A stretch of 61,950 bases of DNA, counting the filler, from Basidioascus undulatus (taxonomy: Eukaryota), in the NCBI GenBank assembly GCA_000826855.1. It is 5 parts of 5 records of this genome, joined end to end, with 100 filler letters (N's around TTAATTAATTAA, not from the genome) between each part and the next. Parts side by side here need not be neighbours in the genome. Positions count along the whole stretch, not along the records: positions 37,230 to 49,540 come from JTLS01000922.1; positions 49,641 to 61,950 come from JTLS01000923.1; 3 more parts are not named here. One strand, given 5' to 3'. Below are positions 37,230 through 53,300 of the stretch, piece after piece. The notes beneath the pieces are model-generated. The model searched no databases. It was not told the origin of the DNA and saw only the letters and a program-made list of their open reading frames with translations. Made by a program: the position numbers and the translations under genes. The stretch's first letter is position 1, and each line of letters opens with the position of its first letter.

Positions 37230-40200
37230 AGACGAAGCTGGTGCGCGACCGAGCCCGGCTGCGCGAGCCGCACCTCACGGCGCCCACGACGATGCAGCTG
37301 GACCCGGGCGCGCCCCACAGCGCGCCTCCGCCGCGCGACGCCGCGAGGGGGCAGCTCCCTACTGACTCGGGCAGCGGGGGCGGGTTCACGGAGGGCTATG
37401 GGGAGGAGGAGGGGCCGGGGAGGACCTTGGGTGGGGGGGTCGACTTCTTCTCTTCTCTTGGCACGGAAAGGAAGAAGAAGGCGCCGGAGAGGCCGAATCC
37501 GGACGAGGTGAGCTGGTCTGCTTGCTCGCATTGCAGGCTAGGGGCTCATGGGTGGTTACGATGGCCAGCTCCGCATCTCGAGTCGCGAGATCAACACGCA
37601 GTTCAAGGAGGGCAAGCACATCGACGACTACGCGGAGGAGAAGAAGAAGAAGCGCGTCGTTGGCGACGCCGGCAGCGCGTGGCGGATGACCAAGCTCCGG
37701 AGGGTGTACGAGCAGGCGGGAGAGGAGGGCAAGTCGCCTGACGAGGTGCGTTCCCCTCTTCTCCCTCCCGCCCTCTCCTCCCTTCTAGTGTTCTTTTCTC
37801 CTCTCCTCATCCTGTAACTCATCTCGACTCTCCCTCCGATCTAGCTCGGCGTCGAGCGCTTCGGCTCCCTCGAGGACTGGGAAGATGCGAAGGAGGAGCG
37901 ACGCATCCTGGACGAGCGGGACGGGCGCCGTGCATCCCGGCGCGGCGGGGGCGGGGGCGGTGACCGTTCCGGCGGTGCGAGCACTCCCTCCGCAAGGGGA
38001 CGGCAGGGGTACATGTTCTCTGACCCGCTCTCCGCGTCCGCGTCCCGCCCATCAAGCCGCAACTCGTTCCGGCGCCCGGGCGAAGGCTCCGACGCTGGGA
38101 CACCGCCGCTCACGCCCGGCGCGGCAGCGACGACAAACCGCGCCTCGACGCTGCGGCAGCATGCGGCGGGTGCCCCGGGAAGCGGCTCCGGCCCGTCCAC
38201 GCCCATCCCCTCCGTATTCACCCCGCACGTTCCCCAGCGGTCCTCCAACCTCGCACCGTCCCCCTCTGCGCCCGCGCCCGCACGTCCGCTCTCCCCCTCC
38301 TCGCTCAACAGGCTCCAAGCACGCGTCCTTCGCGCCAAACTCACAGGCGCAGGGGACGCGGAAGCGCTGGAGAAGGAGTACGAGGCTGCTGTGGAGGCTG
38401 CGGGCTCGGGCGCAGGCGGGGGCGGAGGGGACGCCGGGGGCGGGTTGATGAGTTCTAGGCCGGAAGTGGGCGAAGGGGTCGCCCCCAGCGATGGGAGGGT
38501 GCAGGTGGAGATCCTCCCGACTTTGGATGGCTATGGGAGACTGTATGATGTGGGCCATGGGAAGGAGGATGAGCGCGCGCAGGGAGCGGGGAATAGGAGG
38601 AGGAAGCCGCAGAAGGTGCGTAGGCCTCCGTATTCCACCTTCCCACTGAAGAGATCCAAGCTCACGCGATGGTGGGTAATTGGTCCAGTTCGAAACGCGC
38701 GACCCCAAGACGGGCGAGATCGTGCGCTACAACGCGGACGACGACGAGCAGACCCTCGGCGAGCTCGTTCGCCAGGAGCGCTTCGGTGGGGGGGCGGCGG
38801 ACCAAAAGAGCTACGATATGGAATATGCCAAGGTGCGCAGCTCAGTCTCTCTAAACCCCGCCGCCCCCCCCTTTGTCTCCCTCTGTAGGGTTCTTGTTCC
38901 GTGAAGCTGATGCATGTGTCGTGGGGGGCAGGCGATCGCGGGCGATACGCGGTTCGAGAATGATTTAGACGACGTGAGTGACGAGCGAGAAGATGAGGGG
39001 AGGAGGGGAAAGCTGATGAGTGGAGTGGACGGGTAGATCGACGATAACGCTGAGAAGTACGCGAGGAAGAAGATGAAGTCTGATGCGCAGAAGCGGCAGT
39101 TCGCCATCGGGGGTTAGTCCTCCGCCTTCTTCGCACTCTCATTCCTCCCGACCTTGCAAACACGCACAACTCACTTGCTGCGTGCAACGCACAGACTTCG
39201 CCAAGACCAAGAAAGTCCTCGAGAACTGCCCGTGGTGCTTCGGCGACGACGGCCAGCCCCCGCGCGCGAGCGTCCTCGCGACGGGCACGCGCGCTTACCT
39301 CGCCCTGCCCGAGTTTGAGCCCCTCGTGGAGGGCCACACGGTCATCGTGCCGATGCAGCACTGCCTCAGCAGCTTAGAGGCGGACGACGACGTGTGGGAC
39401 GAGATCCGGGTGCGTGCTTTGTCCTTCTTGCTTCGTGCTCCGTGCTGTCCTGATGCGAGGCGTGGATGTGGGTGTGGGTGGTGGGGGTGGAAAACAGAAT
39501 TTTATGAAGTGCCTGATGCGCACGTTTGCGGAGGAGAATAAGGGCGTCATCTTCTTTGAGACGGTCCTGTCCATCCGCGCGCAGAAGCACACCTTCATCG
39601 AGGCTGTACCTGTCCCCGCGAACGTCTTCCAGGACGCACCGGCGTACTTCAGGGTCCGTCCCTCTTTCCTCAATCCCTCCTCACCCCGCGCTGCTTGTTT
39701 CATTCTTTATCGTTGCACCACCCCCGCTGACGTTCAATCACTTTGGCCGGGAACAGGAGGAGATCCTGCAGATCGAGTCTGAGTGGACGCAGCACAAGAA
39801 GCTCATTGACTTTTCCCAGCGCCCCGGCGGGTTCCGCCGCGCGCTCGTCCCCAACCTGCCATACTTCGCTGTCCAGTGGGACCACAAGGGCGAGAAGGGG
39901 TACGGGCACATCATCGAGGGCGTCGACAAGCCCGCGGACGCAGAAGAGGAGCTTTACCAGGACATGGGCGGGTCAAAGTTCCCCAGGTGCGACATTGTCC
40001 GCCCCATGTCCGCTTCTCAGCCCGTCCTTCGCAACAACGCTGAACTTTGACTGTGGCGTCGGTGACAGGTACTTCGCCGCTGAAGTGATCGGCAACGTGC
40101 TCGACCTCGAGCCCCGCAAGTGGCGCCGCCCGCGCAGGCTCGACCCGCAGACGAAGCAGGCCCACGCAGCCGTGTTCATGACGAAGTACGACCGCTTCGA

Positions 40201-40264
40201 CTGGACGAAGCTCCTCACTGCCGCCGGCGGTGCCGCTGCCAGCAGCTCGGCGCCGCCGGCTTGA
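37230..40264 (+). CDS. CWF19: Spliceosome-associated Cwf19/CWF19L2 (CwfJ C-terminal domains), 5' truncated
   Basis: GDAGSAWRMTKLRRVYEQA, CPWCF..LALPEFEPLVEGHTVIVPMQH, DDDVWDEIRNFMKCL, HTFIEAVP, WTQHKKLIDF, GYGHIIE, FDWTKLL. Confidence 0.92.
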
Positions 40265-41003
40265 GCGGAAGGAAGGATCGGGTCGGGTGCGACGGGCCAT
40301 GGATGACGCTCAATCTCCTGACTTTCTGCGGCAGCTGTTGTCGAGTGAGCAAGGCCTGTCGAGAGCGAGCACGCATTGGATCACTTCCGGTTAGATTGGC
40401 AGGGTTTTCCGCTCGGACTTCCGCTGCAAAAATGGAACACGGTGGACACGAAAGAAGAAGAAAAGGAACCTAAAAATAGGCCAATGCACAGTCGACGAAT
40501 GTAGCATGCAAGATCGAGGGACGTCTCGCATCTCTCTACGTAGGCTTGGCGGACCGGCTTCATCAAATTTGGCGGGAACGCGCAGAAGCTGCCACGATGA
40601 TGAACAAGGACGTCAGTGCAACATCACGTCTCACGCACAGGCATGTAACCATCATTTCGTTCCCAACCTGTTTAGGGCTTTACAACGTCTACGATCTTCA
40701 GATGGTGATCAAACCTTGTCAAACCGGCGAAAGCTCTGCAACTTACATATGACTGAGCTAAGTTGCCAGTTTCAAACGACAATCCCAACCAAAGAAACGC
40801 CCGCAACATATAGGTAAACATGCCGTTACTCAAATTTAGCGACACACAACAACAAACAGATCCCAAACCGTCCCCTCTCGTGTCCACCCGATCATCACAG
40901 GAGACACGGGAGAAAGTAATAGGCACGACCCGGGTCAATGTATCGAAACCGGTAATGCGTTGATGTGCGCCACAGCCAGAGCCGAGTCGCTCAGAGGACA
41001 CAG

Positions 41004-42097
41004 CGGAAATCCTTGTTTTCTTTGTTGTTACACGCGCACGATGCCGCCGGAGAGCATCTGGGCACAGACTGGGACAATCCGTAAATGAGGAAACTCCTTT
41101 CTCTACGGATGAAATATGTGAGGGTCTTACAAACGCTGAGGATGATTGCGATCGCCTTGGAGTAGCGCGGGGCATCATGGGCGGGGAACATGAAGAGGCC
41201 TGAGGCCGCCCGTCAGTCAGGACCACGTTGCCTTTCCGACATTGGAGAGGACGCACCCGCAATGTTTCCGCCGAGTATCAAATGAGCAAGACTACGTTTA
41301 CGACCGCGCGCTTGGTGTGTCCAGCAAAGTTCTGCACAAGTCATCACACGAGCATGAGAGACAGGCCCCGACCCCTACACCGCTCGTCTTGTTCACCTGG
41401 CCAATGACCGTAAGGAGGAACGGCCAGCAGACGGCGTAGCTGTTTGTATGGGTGAAGAGTTAAAATCCAGGGTGATTTTGTTTCACGAGATAGGGTGCAC
41501 CTGTTGATTAGCCAGTACGTGAAGGCGCGACCCCAACGGCTGTGGTTACCGGTGTTTGTCGCGTAGACGGAAGCGATACCTTTTGAAGCAGTCATTACAC
41601 TGTCAGCTTGGTGCGAAATTAGGCTCAGTTGAAGGAGGGATGGGACTTACCGAGAATAGCGGGAATCAGAGCCATGAGTCCGATGGTGCGAATGTTGCCA
41701 AATTTATGGGCAAGTAAGCTGCAGGAGATCAATGAATCAGGAGGGATGTTGTCAACACAAAAGCCAGGATAAATGCTTACCTCCAGCAGACAAGGCTGCC
41801 GGCACTAACAACGCTCGACGGCAACCCGACCAACAACGTCTCGGACGTCCCGAAGCCCATACCTGTGGAGACAGCAGCTTAGGCTACCGGGGAAAGCGGA
41901 TCGGATCTCTTCCACGTACCCTTGCTGACAATCTGGTTGAAGCTTGTGAGTCCACCATTGGGAATCTGAAGGGTTGTGGGCATGGTGTTAATGCGCTGGG
42001 GCCGCCAAGAGTCGAAAAAGACGCGCACCATTGCGAAAAAGCAGTAGATCCAGATCAGCCATGTGAGAGGGTCCGAAACGGCATTGGTAAGCACATC
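41004..42097 (-). pseudogene. 3' half of a second allantoate-permease-family MFS gene, disrupted
   Basis: DPLTW..IPNGGLTSF..GFGTSETLL..NFAGHTKRAV; in-frame TGA at 41278-41280 then a frameshift before NIAG; DAPRY; the tail is deleted up to ENKDFR; N-terminal half absent. Confidence 0.8.
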
Positions 42098-42380
42098 CTA
42101 TACATGAAAGCATCATCAGTTCCTCTTCCGACCTGCTGGCATTAATCGGAACGCACTTGAAGGTGCGCTTCAGGCTTGACCATAATGTGGGGGCTTTCGC
42201 CTGGGAAGAAATTTAGGACAACTTGTCCGGGTTCTCCTCGTGCTCGAGCTGCAGACCAGGTCATAGGCAAGACGTTCGAACGACGCCATCACAGTGCACA
42301 ACAATAGGTAGGACCATACTTCCCTGGTTATACGGCCTGCAGTCGCTGTGAAGATTTCTAGCTCAGTTATCAAGGCGGGC

Positions 42381-42608
42381 TTTCGGCAAGCTCTCGAGGG
42401 CGCGTGCAAGGACACCGCCGCCGAGTTCCCCGGCCTCGCGTACAAGGTCATCCCGGTCGAGAGCCTCGGTATGCCGTCGTCCGAGGTATCGCCGTCATCT
42501 AAGATCGTCCGGTCGCTGAACGCCGCCTACAAGGACGTGCGTGGAGTCGACCAGCCTACCTGCGCGCTCAAGCCCATCTGCTTCTACGGCTCGGACGCGG
42601 GCCACCTG
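42381..42608 (+). pseudogene. Isolated fragment of an M20 (ArgE/DapE-like) metallopeptidase/deacetylase
   Basis: Strong GC3 codon bias within lower-GC DNA; SKIVRSLNAAYKDVRGVDQPTCALKPICFYGSDAGHL resembles the M20 C-terminal G-S-D-A motif; no start and no continuation. Confidence 0.65.
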
Positions 42609-43219
42609 AATCCTCAAACAGGGCCTCTGACGAGGCGTGGCCTGAAGGCTCAGAAGTGCACAATGCGCAGAGCGAAGTAATGCACAGGAAGACGGCACCG
42701 GGGGGCTTTCTTCGCTTCGTGGTGCAGCCGGGGGGAGGATGGAAAATGCTCGTCGAGTGCTAGGGTACTGAACACGGCACTAAGTGCGACACTCGAACCG
42801 GCCAGAATGTGCAACACCAAGCAATGCAAGTCCAAACGAGCTCGATACCTACTTCTCGAACCAAATTAGTAAGAAGCCCGAAGATATGACATCGCTATGG
42901 TACCGTGCAGACTGTACTCTACCGGCCACTTGCCCAGCGCCTCCTCAACACACTATGCCTGTTCCACTTCGCCAGCCACACAAACCGCAATCGTAACGCG
43001 CCAAATTGTGTGTATGCTCAGAAAAAAGAAATTGGTCGGGCGCAATAAGCCAAGGTGGAAGAAGGAGAAGACAGCGGGCCAATGTGCGAGTTTATGTGGA
43101 GACGGCGGAAGACGGTGCGTCAAGGCGCGGGGAATACAGCTCGGGAGACGCTGGGCGGGGTCGGTGTATGTCGAGGACGAAAAGGGACGGATGGCGAAGG
43201 ACGGAGCAGGAGAGGCCGA

Positions 43220-46176
<2,957 letters not shown>

Positions 46177-46491
46177 CGCTCGGGGAGTCGGGAGGGTGAC
46201 TAGGGAATATGCGGAGAGATACGGAAGAGGGAGACAGTACAAATGTGTGAGATTGATGTAGGATGATGGATGCTGTGGAAGTCGCAGGCCAAGTTGAGCG
46301 TGATGTGAGCATGCGGCGGTGAGCATGCCCCCTATGACCCAATGCTAGTACGACTACACTACGCATCGCTGAGAGACTCCCACGCTGCCTTCCCGGCGTC
46401 CCCCTTCCTCTTATCGCAGACTGCTTTTGGCGTTAACCCCCTCGAAATTGCACAAGAAAGTCGTATTCAAGGGGACATGGACGTATAGGCG

Positions 46492-49400
46492 ATGGCGATC
46501 CCCCCTCTCTCCTCGCGCACCCCCCGCCGGTCATCAGCGTCCCAGTCCACCTCAGCCTCAGCCTCAGCGTCCTCCCCCTTCCGCGCCGCGCCTCGCCTCA
46601 CTCTCTGGGTCCACGACGACGCACTCGTCCCGCCCGTCCTCCTAAAGCCGGGCGCACTCCCCGGCGCACAGGACGGCGACCTCGTGCGCATCACCCTCGC
46701 CGCCTCGGGGACGAGTCGAGAGCGCGATGAGTTCTTGTTCAGGGTCGAGCCTCTTCCGGCGGAGATGGGGAAGAAGCAGCCGCAATTGCAGGTGCGTGTG
46801 AGAGGGCGTGAGCATAGTAGAGGGGTGGGGGAGTGCTGAGCTGTGTGAAGGGGGACAGATCTCAGTGCACAAGAGCATTGCGAGGGTGTTTAGCTTCCAA
46901 AACAGGTCCGAGGTCATCCTCACTCGAATACCGCCTGAAGCGACGCCAGAGGTGCAGCACGTCGAGCTGTCCTTCCAGAATGCCTACATGGGTCGGCAAG
47001 GTGCGTCCGTGTCCTCCCTCTCCGTTCGCACGCGCTCACGCCCACTCCGTCCTCCAGACATGTGGCGCGTCCGTCCTCCCTCCCTCTCCCCTCCCCACCC
47101 CTTCTCCCTCCTCCCCTCTCCTCCCCAGTTTGCCCGCACCCTGAACCACCTCCCCATCTACGTCGGCCAGCCCATCACCTTCGCGTCCTCCCTGCGCGCG
47201 ACCGTCACCGCGATCTACCTCTCCGGCGGGCGCCGCGCGCGGGCGGGCGTGTGCTCGCCCGCGACGCGCCCCGTCTTCCGCAGCCGCAGCAGCAGGTACT
47301 ACGTCCTCCTCTGCGTGAGCCGCGAGATGTGGGACTTTGATGAGGACGGCGAGAGGTACTACGAGAAGGCCATCTCGGGGTTCTTGCCGGAGCTGCTGGG
47401 TGAGTGTAGGCGGCTCGCAACGGCTTGGAGGCTTGGGACTGATGCGCCGCGTGGGATAGAGAAATGGGATAAGCTGGGTACCAGGTATGAACATCATAAT
47501 ATGGCGTTCTCGCTCCATTCTAAGAGTAACATTTGGCATACAGCCACATGGTCACCATCGTCCTCTTCTCTCGCGTCGTACGTCTGCCACCTCCCGCAAC
47601 TCCACCATAGCAGCTCAGCCCACTTCCCTGCAGACCTACGACCAAACCGAAGCCGCATCATACATCGACTCTGCTGCGCTACGGTACGACGATAACGGCC
47701 AGCCCTACAAAGATTTCTTCAAGGTGCTTTCCCGCTTGCCCCCCTCCCATTTCAATAGCACTCACGCCTGCCCGCCATCCTCCACAGGTCGTGCTCGACC
47801 TCGAGATCAACCCGCACTGGCCTACAGTCCTCGCTCGACTGCGGCGCGAGTTCCTCTCCTTCCAGGTGGGCTTTCATCCTTCCTTCGTGAGCTAACTGCG
47901 CAGCGAGCTGATTTGCGCGACCTCGGCGAATGCAGCGCGACGTCCTGCTCCTGCACCACGGCGAGCCGAACGACGGTCGAATAGCGGGACAGATCTCATT
48001 CGCTTTCTCGTCTTGCGTGCTGGAAGCGATCAACCTCGGTTCGTCGACTGCAGGACATCTGCTATTTCGCCGGTGTTCTGATGTTTCGTTTATACAGTCC
48101 TCAACGGCTTCGACAATCACAACTCAGACCGGGACCTCGCGCGCACCGGCCTCTGCATGACAGTGATAACACCTGGCGTGCGTGTTTCCCTACTCCTCCC
48201 CCCGCATTCCCGCATTCATCCCAACCTCCCGTCACCTAAACCCTTGCCTCCCTCAGACCGGCCACTTCGACTGTTCCAAGGCCCTCCTGCGTCTAATAAC
48301 GGACCGGCTGCTCGCGCACGGCGTCGGCGTGGACATCGTCAGCCTCGCCAAGATGCCGCTCCACTCCGTCCCCGTCTTCCGGTACCTCTCCGCACCGCCC
48401 GAGCTGTCCGAGGGCGTAGGCGCGCTGCGCCGCCCCGCGATAGCGGCAGCGGCGGACGAGGAGCTCGACCCGCTGTATGCGGATGCGGGCGAGTGCGCGA
48501 ACCAAGAGCCGAGCGAGTTCTACAATATCCCGGCGTGGTGCTGGATGAGCTTTTGTGCGTGTCTCTTCCTTTATCCTTGCTAAGAACTTCGGGTCGGGCT
48601 GACGACTGAGTATCAAAACAGACTCCAAGCAGCGCGACAAGCCGTTTCGAGCCGAACGCTTCGTCCCACGATGCAGGGCGTACGAGCTCCAAGCCTTGGG
48701 CATCATGGACCACGACTTCGCGTCCATCTCAATCCCGTTCCTCGAGCCTCCCCCGCCGCCTACCTCGGCGTCGGCGTCCCCCTCCGCATCGACAGCGAAG
48801 CCCGACCTCGCGCGGAAGATGGTCCACGACGAGTACGATGCGAACGTCTTTGCGCGTGTCGGACCGCGTGCGGTGCGAGCGGAAAGCAGCGGGGCAGGAC
48901 GAGCAGGCGCAGGGACGGGGGCAGCGAACGACTCGGACTTTGATATCGACACGCCCGGCACGGCGCCCCAGGGTGCGAAGCGCCCGCCGCCGCGTACAAG
49001 ACGGGATACGCAGCTGTCGCCCATCGACGGGGGCGAGGGGGCGTCCACGCCGATAAGCCGGACCGCGTCCGTCCGGTCGTCCGCTGCGGCCGCGACGGTT
49101 GCTGCTGTCTCTTGCCGGCTGCCCTCGGGGAGCACGGCGAGTCCGAAGCCCCTCCCGTCCGAGACGGGCTCGCTCGCGCAGCCCTCGCCGTCCGAGACGC
49201 CCGCGGCCATCTCGACCGCTTCGGCAGAGGTCGTCAAGACCCCGGCGGTCACGTCCCCCGTCAGCGGGTCCGCCGCCGCACAGAGCCTCCGCGCGCACAT
49301 GCCTGCCGCGCTGACCGCCGCGCAGCAGCCGCCCCCGCAGACTCAGTCGGCGAAGTCCACGCTCGGCTCCAAGCTCGGCGCGGGCTGGCTCCTCTCCGCT

Positions 49401-49540
49401 TTCCGATCGTCTTCCTCCTCCGCCAAGACCACCCCTTCCAAGACGCCCACAACCCCCGCCGCACCCACACCCGAACCTACCCTCGACCCCTCTCCCGCCG
49501 CCCCCTCTACTACCCCGTCGTCTTTCCTCCAACTAAAACT
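46492..49540 (+). CDS. IML1: Iml1/DEPDC5, SEACIT/GATOR1 GAP subunit (3' truncated)
   Basis: VFRSRSSRYYVLLCVSREMWDFDEDGERYYEKAI, HMVTIVLFSR, LEAINL, DRDLARTGL..VITPG, GVGVDIVSLAKMPLHSVPVF. Confidence 0.9.
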
Positions 49541-49640
49541 NNNNNNNNNNNNNNNNNNNNNNNNNNNNNNNNNNNNNNNNNNNNTTAATTAATTAANNNN
49601 NNNNNNNNNNNNNNNNNNNNNNNNNNNNNNNNNNNNNNNN
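49541..49640. other. Artificial contig linker
   Basis: 44 N + TTAATTAATTAA + 44 N. Confidence 0.99.
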
Positions 49641-49805
49641 CGCTGGCTCGTCTCCCTCCCCCCGCACCGCTCTACCCGCAATCCGCCCACATCCATCGCC
49701 GCCGCGCCGTCGGACCTCGCCAACAACGTTCAAGCCATTGATGCGCTCGTGAACGCGCTCTGGTTCATGGGATCTCGTGCGGATGGGAGGGCGAGGAGGC
49801 GCTGA
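49641..49805 (+). CDS. Possible 3' end of an unidentified gene
   Basis: Open 54-codon frame with GC3 bias (..SDLANNVQAIDALVNALWFMG..) ending in TGA at 49803-49805. Confidence 0.3.
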   Translation, partial: RWLVSLPPHRSTRNPPTSIAAAPSDLANNVQAIDALVNALWFMGSRADGRARRR

Positions 49806-50362
49806 TTGGGGGCTGGGGGTTTGCGAGTCGCCTGTATGCTAGTTTGCTGCGTGGTTGCTAGCTTTGTTTCGGCGTTAGCACTGCGGCATAGTTTTTGCAA
49901 TGTGCTTGCGGTTGGCTTGCTATGACATCTAGTTATGCGATCTGAGTAGTCGAACTTCATGCGCTGTTACGAATAATGTGTGGGCCGCGCCGCTGTTATC
50001 TGCTCGCAAGATACCCCATCGGATCCGCTAGATATGGCACATGTTACGGCGGGAATCTGATGATGAGCTCGTCTTCGATGATTCTTGCGGCGTCGCCATT
50101 GAGCATGTTGCCTTTGCACGTCGGCATTGTGCTCGCCTAGCTAGCATCGCACATAGAGCTCTAGTCTCTGCAGTTAATCTGTAGCACGCACGTAAGGCGC
50201 AGGAGGAGATAGAGACATGCGCGAGATCCGTGAAAGTCGTGACGGGGTAGCGTAGACGGCGTTACATATTGATGATCGTGATAAGGAAAGAAACAATCGC
50301 GACAGGTGCAGGGCAAGGCAGAGTTCTAGGGATAGGGATCGGAAAAAAGGGAAGAATGCAGA

Positions 50363-53300
50363 TCAGACAGACAGCGCGCGGAGGCGAGAGCCGACAGTCG
50401 GGTCGTCGATGTTGCGCTCCGGGCTGCGACCACGGGGCTCGTCGACCGCGGCATCCAAGCCTGCGGGCTTGCGGCCCCGCCGCGTGCCGGCGTTGTTGGC
50501 GGGCGACATGAGGTTGATGACGCCCGTGCGCGAGTCGACGACGGCGCGGGGCGACTTGTAGGTGAAGCCTGGCGGATGCCCAGAGTCAGCTCCACACCTG
50601 GTACGAGCTTGAGGACAGGGTCCAGCGCAACGTACCCTTGAACGCCGCCGCTTTGCGAGCGTCCAGGATCCGCGGGCCATGTTCCTTGTCACGCAGCATA
50701 GGGTCGCGCGCAGCGTCGGGGTTGGCGCCGCCAGGGGGCGCCAGCGGTTCGGGCGCGATGTCGTCGTCGAAGTGCTACAACCGACCATCAGAAGACGTCA
50801 GCTGTGAAAGTGTGTAGCCGCAAGAGACGAAAATCTCACCCGAGTGTCTGTGGGAGTGCTGAGATTGGGCTGGAAAGGAGGTGTCTGGAGGTGGATTGTC
50901 GAAAAGTCGATGGTGCGGAAGAACGGGTGGGACTTGAGTTCCTCGCTCCCATCGCGGACGACAGGGGCGCCCGGGTTCTGGAAGCCGCTGCGGCGCGCGT
51001 TGAGGATCAGGCTGTTCGGGCGCGACACCGAGGCTGTGGAGGTGCTCCCACTGTGTCACAAGGATCGTCAGTCGCCTGCAAAGAATGGAAAGGCAAATGG
51101 AAGCACAACACACAGTCGGTCTTCCCGCTCGCAGATCAGGCCCGTCAGGAAGTCCTGAGCCTCGCGCGAGATACGAGGGCGCGGTGGGAAGCGCAGCGAA
51201 GTCTTCCATGAGAGGATCTTCTGCCGCGTGAGGTGGCGCTGCAGAGTAGACTCGTCAGAATAGGAAGATGGCTTGATATGAGCCGGTCATGACAGAGCAC
51301 GCACAGACTGGCTGACGAACGGCGGGAAGCCGTACAGACACTGAACGATGCATCTTCCGTCAGCGTATGTGGGCGGACTTGCTGAACACCGCAGTTAACT
51401 CACCTCGTACGCGATGATACCGAGTGACCACCAATCGCAAGACTGGTCGTATCCGAGACCACGCAGAACCTCTGGCGCCCTGTTCCCACCCAAATCTTCA
51501 GCGTTGAGCGCAAATGATGCCGGCTCTGTACCCCACTCACATGTAGTTGTTCGTCCCAACGAGCGAGTACGCGAGCTGCACATGAATCGTTCCAGGTCAG
51601 TCGGCATACTCGCAGCGAGATCTGCACCAGCGAGCAGCTCACCTTCTTTCGGTTCTTCTCGCGCCAGGTGAGCAGGCCCCGGTTGGGCTCGCCGTTGTCG
51701 GGTCCCATGATACCCTCGACCTCAGCGCGGGTCATCTTGCGCGTCGTGGGCTTCGACATGGCCGTCGCTGCCTCGAGATCGATGCCGTGCTTGCGAAGCA
51801 GGTCCTTGCGCTGCTTCTCGTAGTAGCCCTGTTGTGTACCCGAAGTGACGGTTCAGTATGGTTCTGTGGAGACCAAATGAGCATGGGAGACGGACGCCGT
51901 CGTGAGACCAGTGGAAGTCGGTCGCGAGACCGAAGTCGGAGAGCTTAAGGTGCCCGTGCCGGTCGAAGAGGAAGTTGTCTGTTGGGTAGGGATGCGAAGC
52001 GTCAAGGGCAGCTGGGCTGAGGGGAGCGCCGGTAAGACCTACCTGGCTTGATGTCGCGGTGGATGTAGCCGAGCTTGTGCGCCTCGGAAATGGCGAGGAC
52101 TGCCGTACAGAGTAGGGGGTCAGCGTCGCGGACATTAGGGACACAGACCATCCTTCAACGCACCCATCTCCGCGACGTAGAAGCGCGCAAAGTCCTCCTC
52201 AAACACGTCGCGCTCGATGAGCAGGTTGAGCAAGTCGCCGCCACCCATGAACTCCATGACCTGCGCGTTCATAAGAGACTGCGTGATTTTTGTGACTCGA
52301 ATAAGCTAGACGACGCACCAAGTACAGGTGGTCGACGTCCTGGAAAGCGTAGTTGAGGCGCACGATCCACCGACTGCCCGCGCTCGCCGCAGACGAGAAG
52401 AGGTCGCGCTCAGCACGGATGTGACCCTCCTGGCCCTTCTTGAGCATGTCTAGACCGTCGCAGCATATCCGTCAGAATCACAGCGTCGCAGTGCGCTGAG
52501 CGAAGGTGTGGGCGCACCGGCTTTCCGAACCTCCTTGATAGCGTACAGGTTGTTGTTCGACTTTTCGCGGGCGAGCCAGACGACGCCGAATGCGCCTGAA
52601 CGATGCGCGAGGTAAGCATACATCCCCGTTTAGGATGGGAAGACAGGGCCGCGCACCGTGACCGATAGTCTTCAACTTGATGAACGCTTCAGGACCCACA
52701 CGCCGCCGGCACTCGCGGAGGTTCTCTGTCTCCGCCGCGCGCCACGCATCCCTCACACGCCCCTTCTCCTGCTCCGACAGCCCCAAGCGTGCAAGTTCGC
52801 CTTCGAGCGCGAGGCGGCGCGTCTCGCGCGCCCGCGGCGCCTTGAGCAGACTCCAGTACAAATTTTCGCTGTCGAACCACATCCGAACATGAGCACATCG
52901 TTTTAGGCTCAGAGGATCACGCTACAGAGGGAAACGCACAAGTAGATCTTCGTACTGACTGCCTTGTCGAGCGCGGCGAGGGACGGAGCGGGGAGAGGGT
53001 GAGGGTACGGGACCGGCTCGGGCTCGTCGGGGAGGTTGGACGTGGGCGAGCCCTGGATGAGACCGCGGTGTCCGCGCTCGCGGAAGACGGCCGTCTGGTC
53101 CGTGTCGAGGCGAAGCGGCGTCGCATCACCCGGAGCAGGCTCGGGCGCAGTCGTGATGGTGTCCTCCTGGGCGTAGCGCTGTTGAGGCTGCTGCTGCTTG
53201 ATGGGCGACCTGAGCGGTTGCTCGACGACGTTCGCGAGCGGGCTGTGGGTAGCGGGCAGACCGCTGCGAGCGGGGCTCGGCGGGTGGTTCTGGTCGAAGT

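Noticed and set aside
48293..49532. Long antisense and alternate-frame ORFs (also 3209-4284, 38052-39361, 60404-61895)
   Set aside because: Shadows of GC-rich coding exons; low complexity and no independent motifs.
50055..50105. Possible C/D-box snoRNA (TGATGA motif)
   Set aside because: No convincing D box, terminal stem or recognisable rRNA guide.
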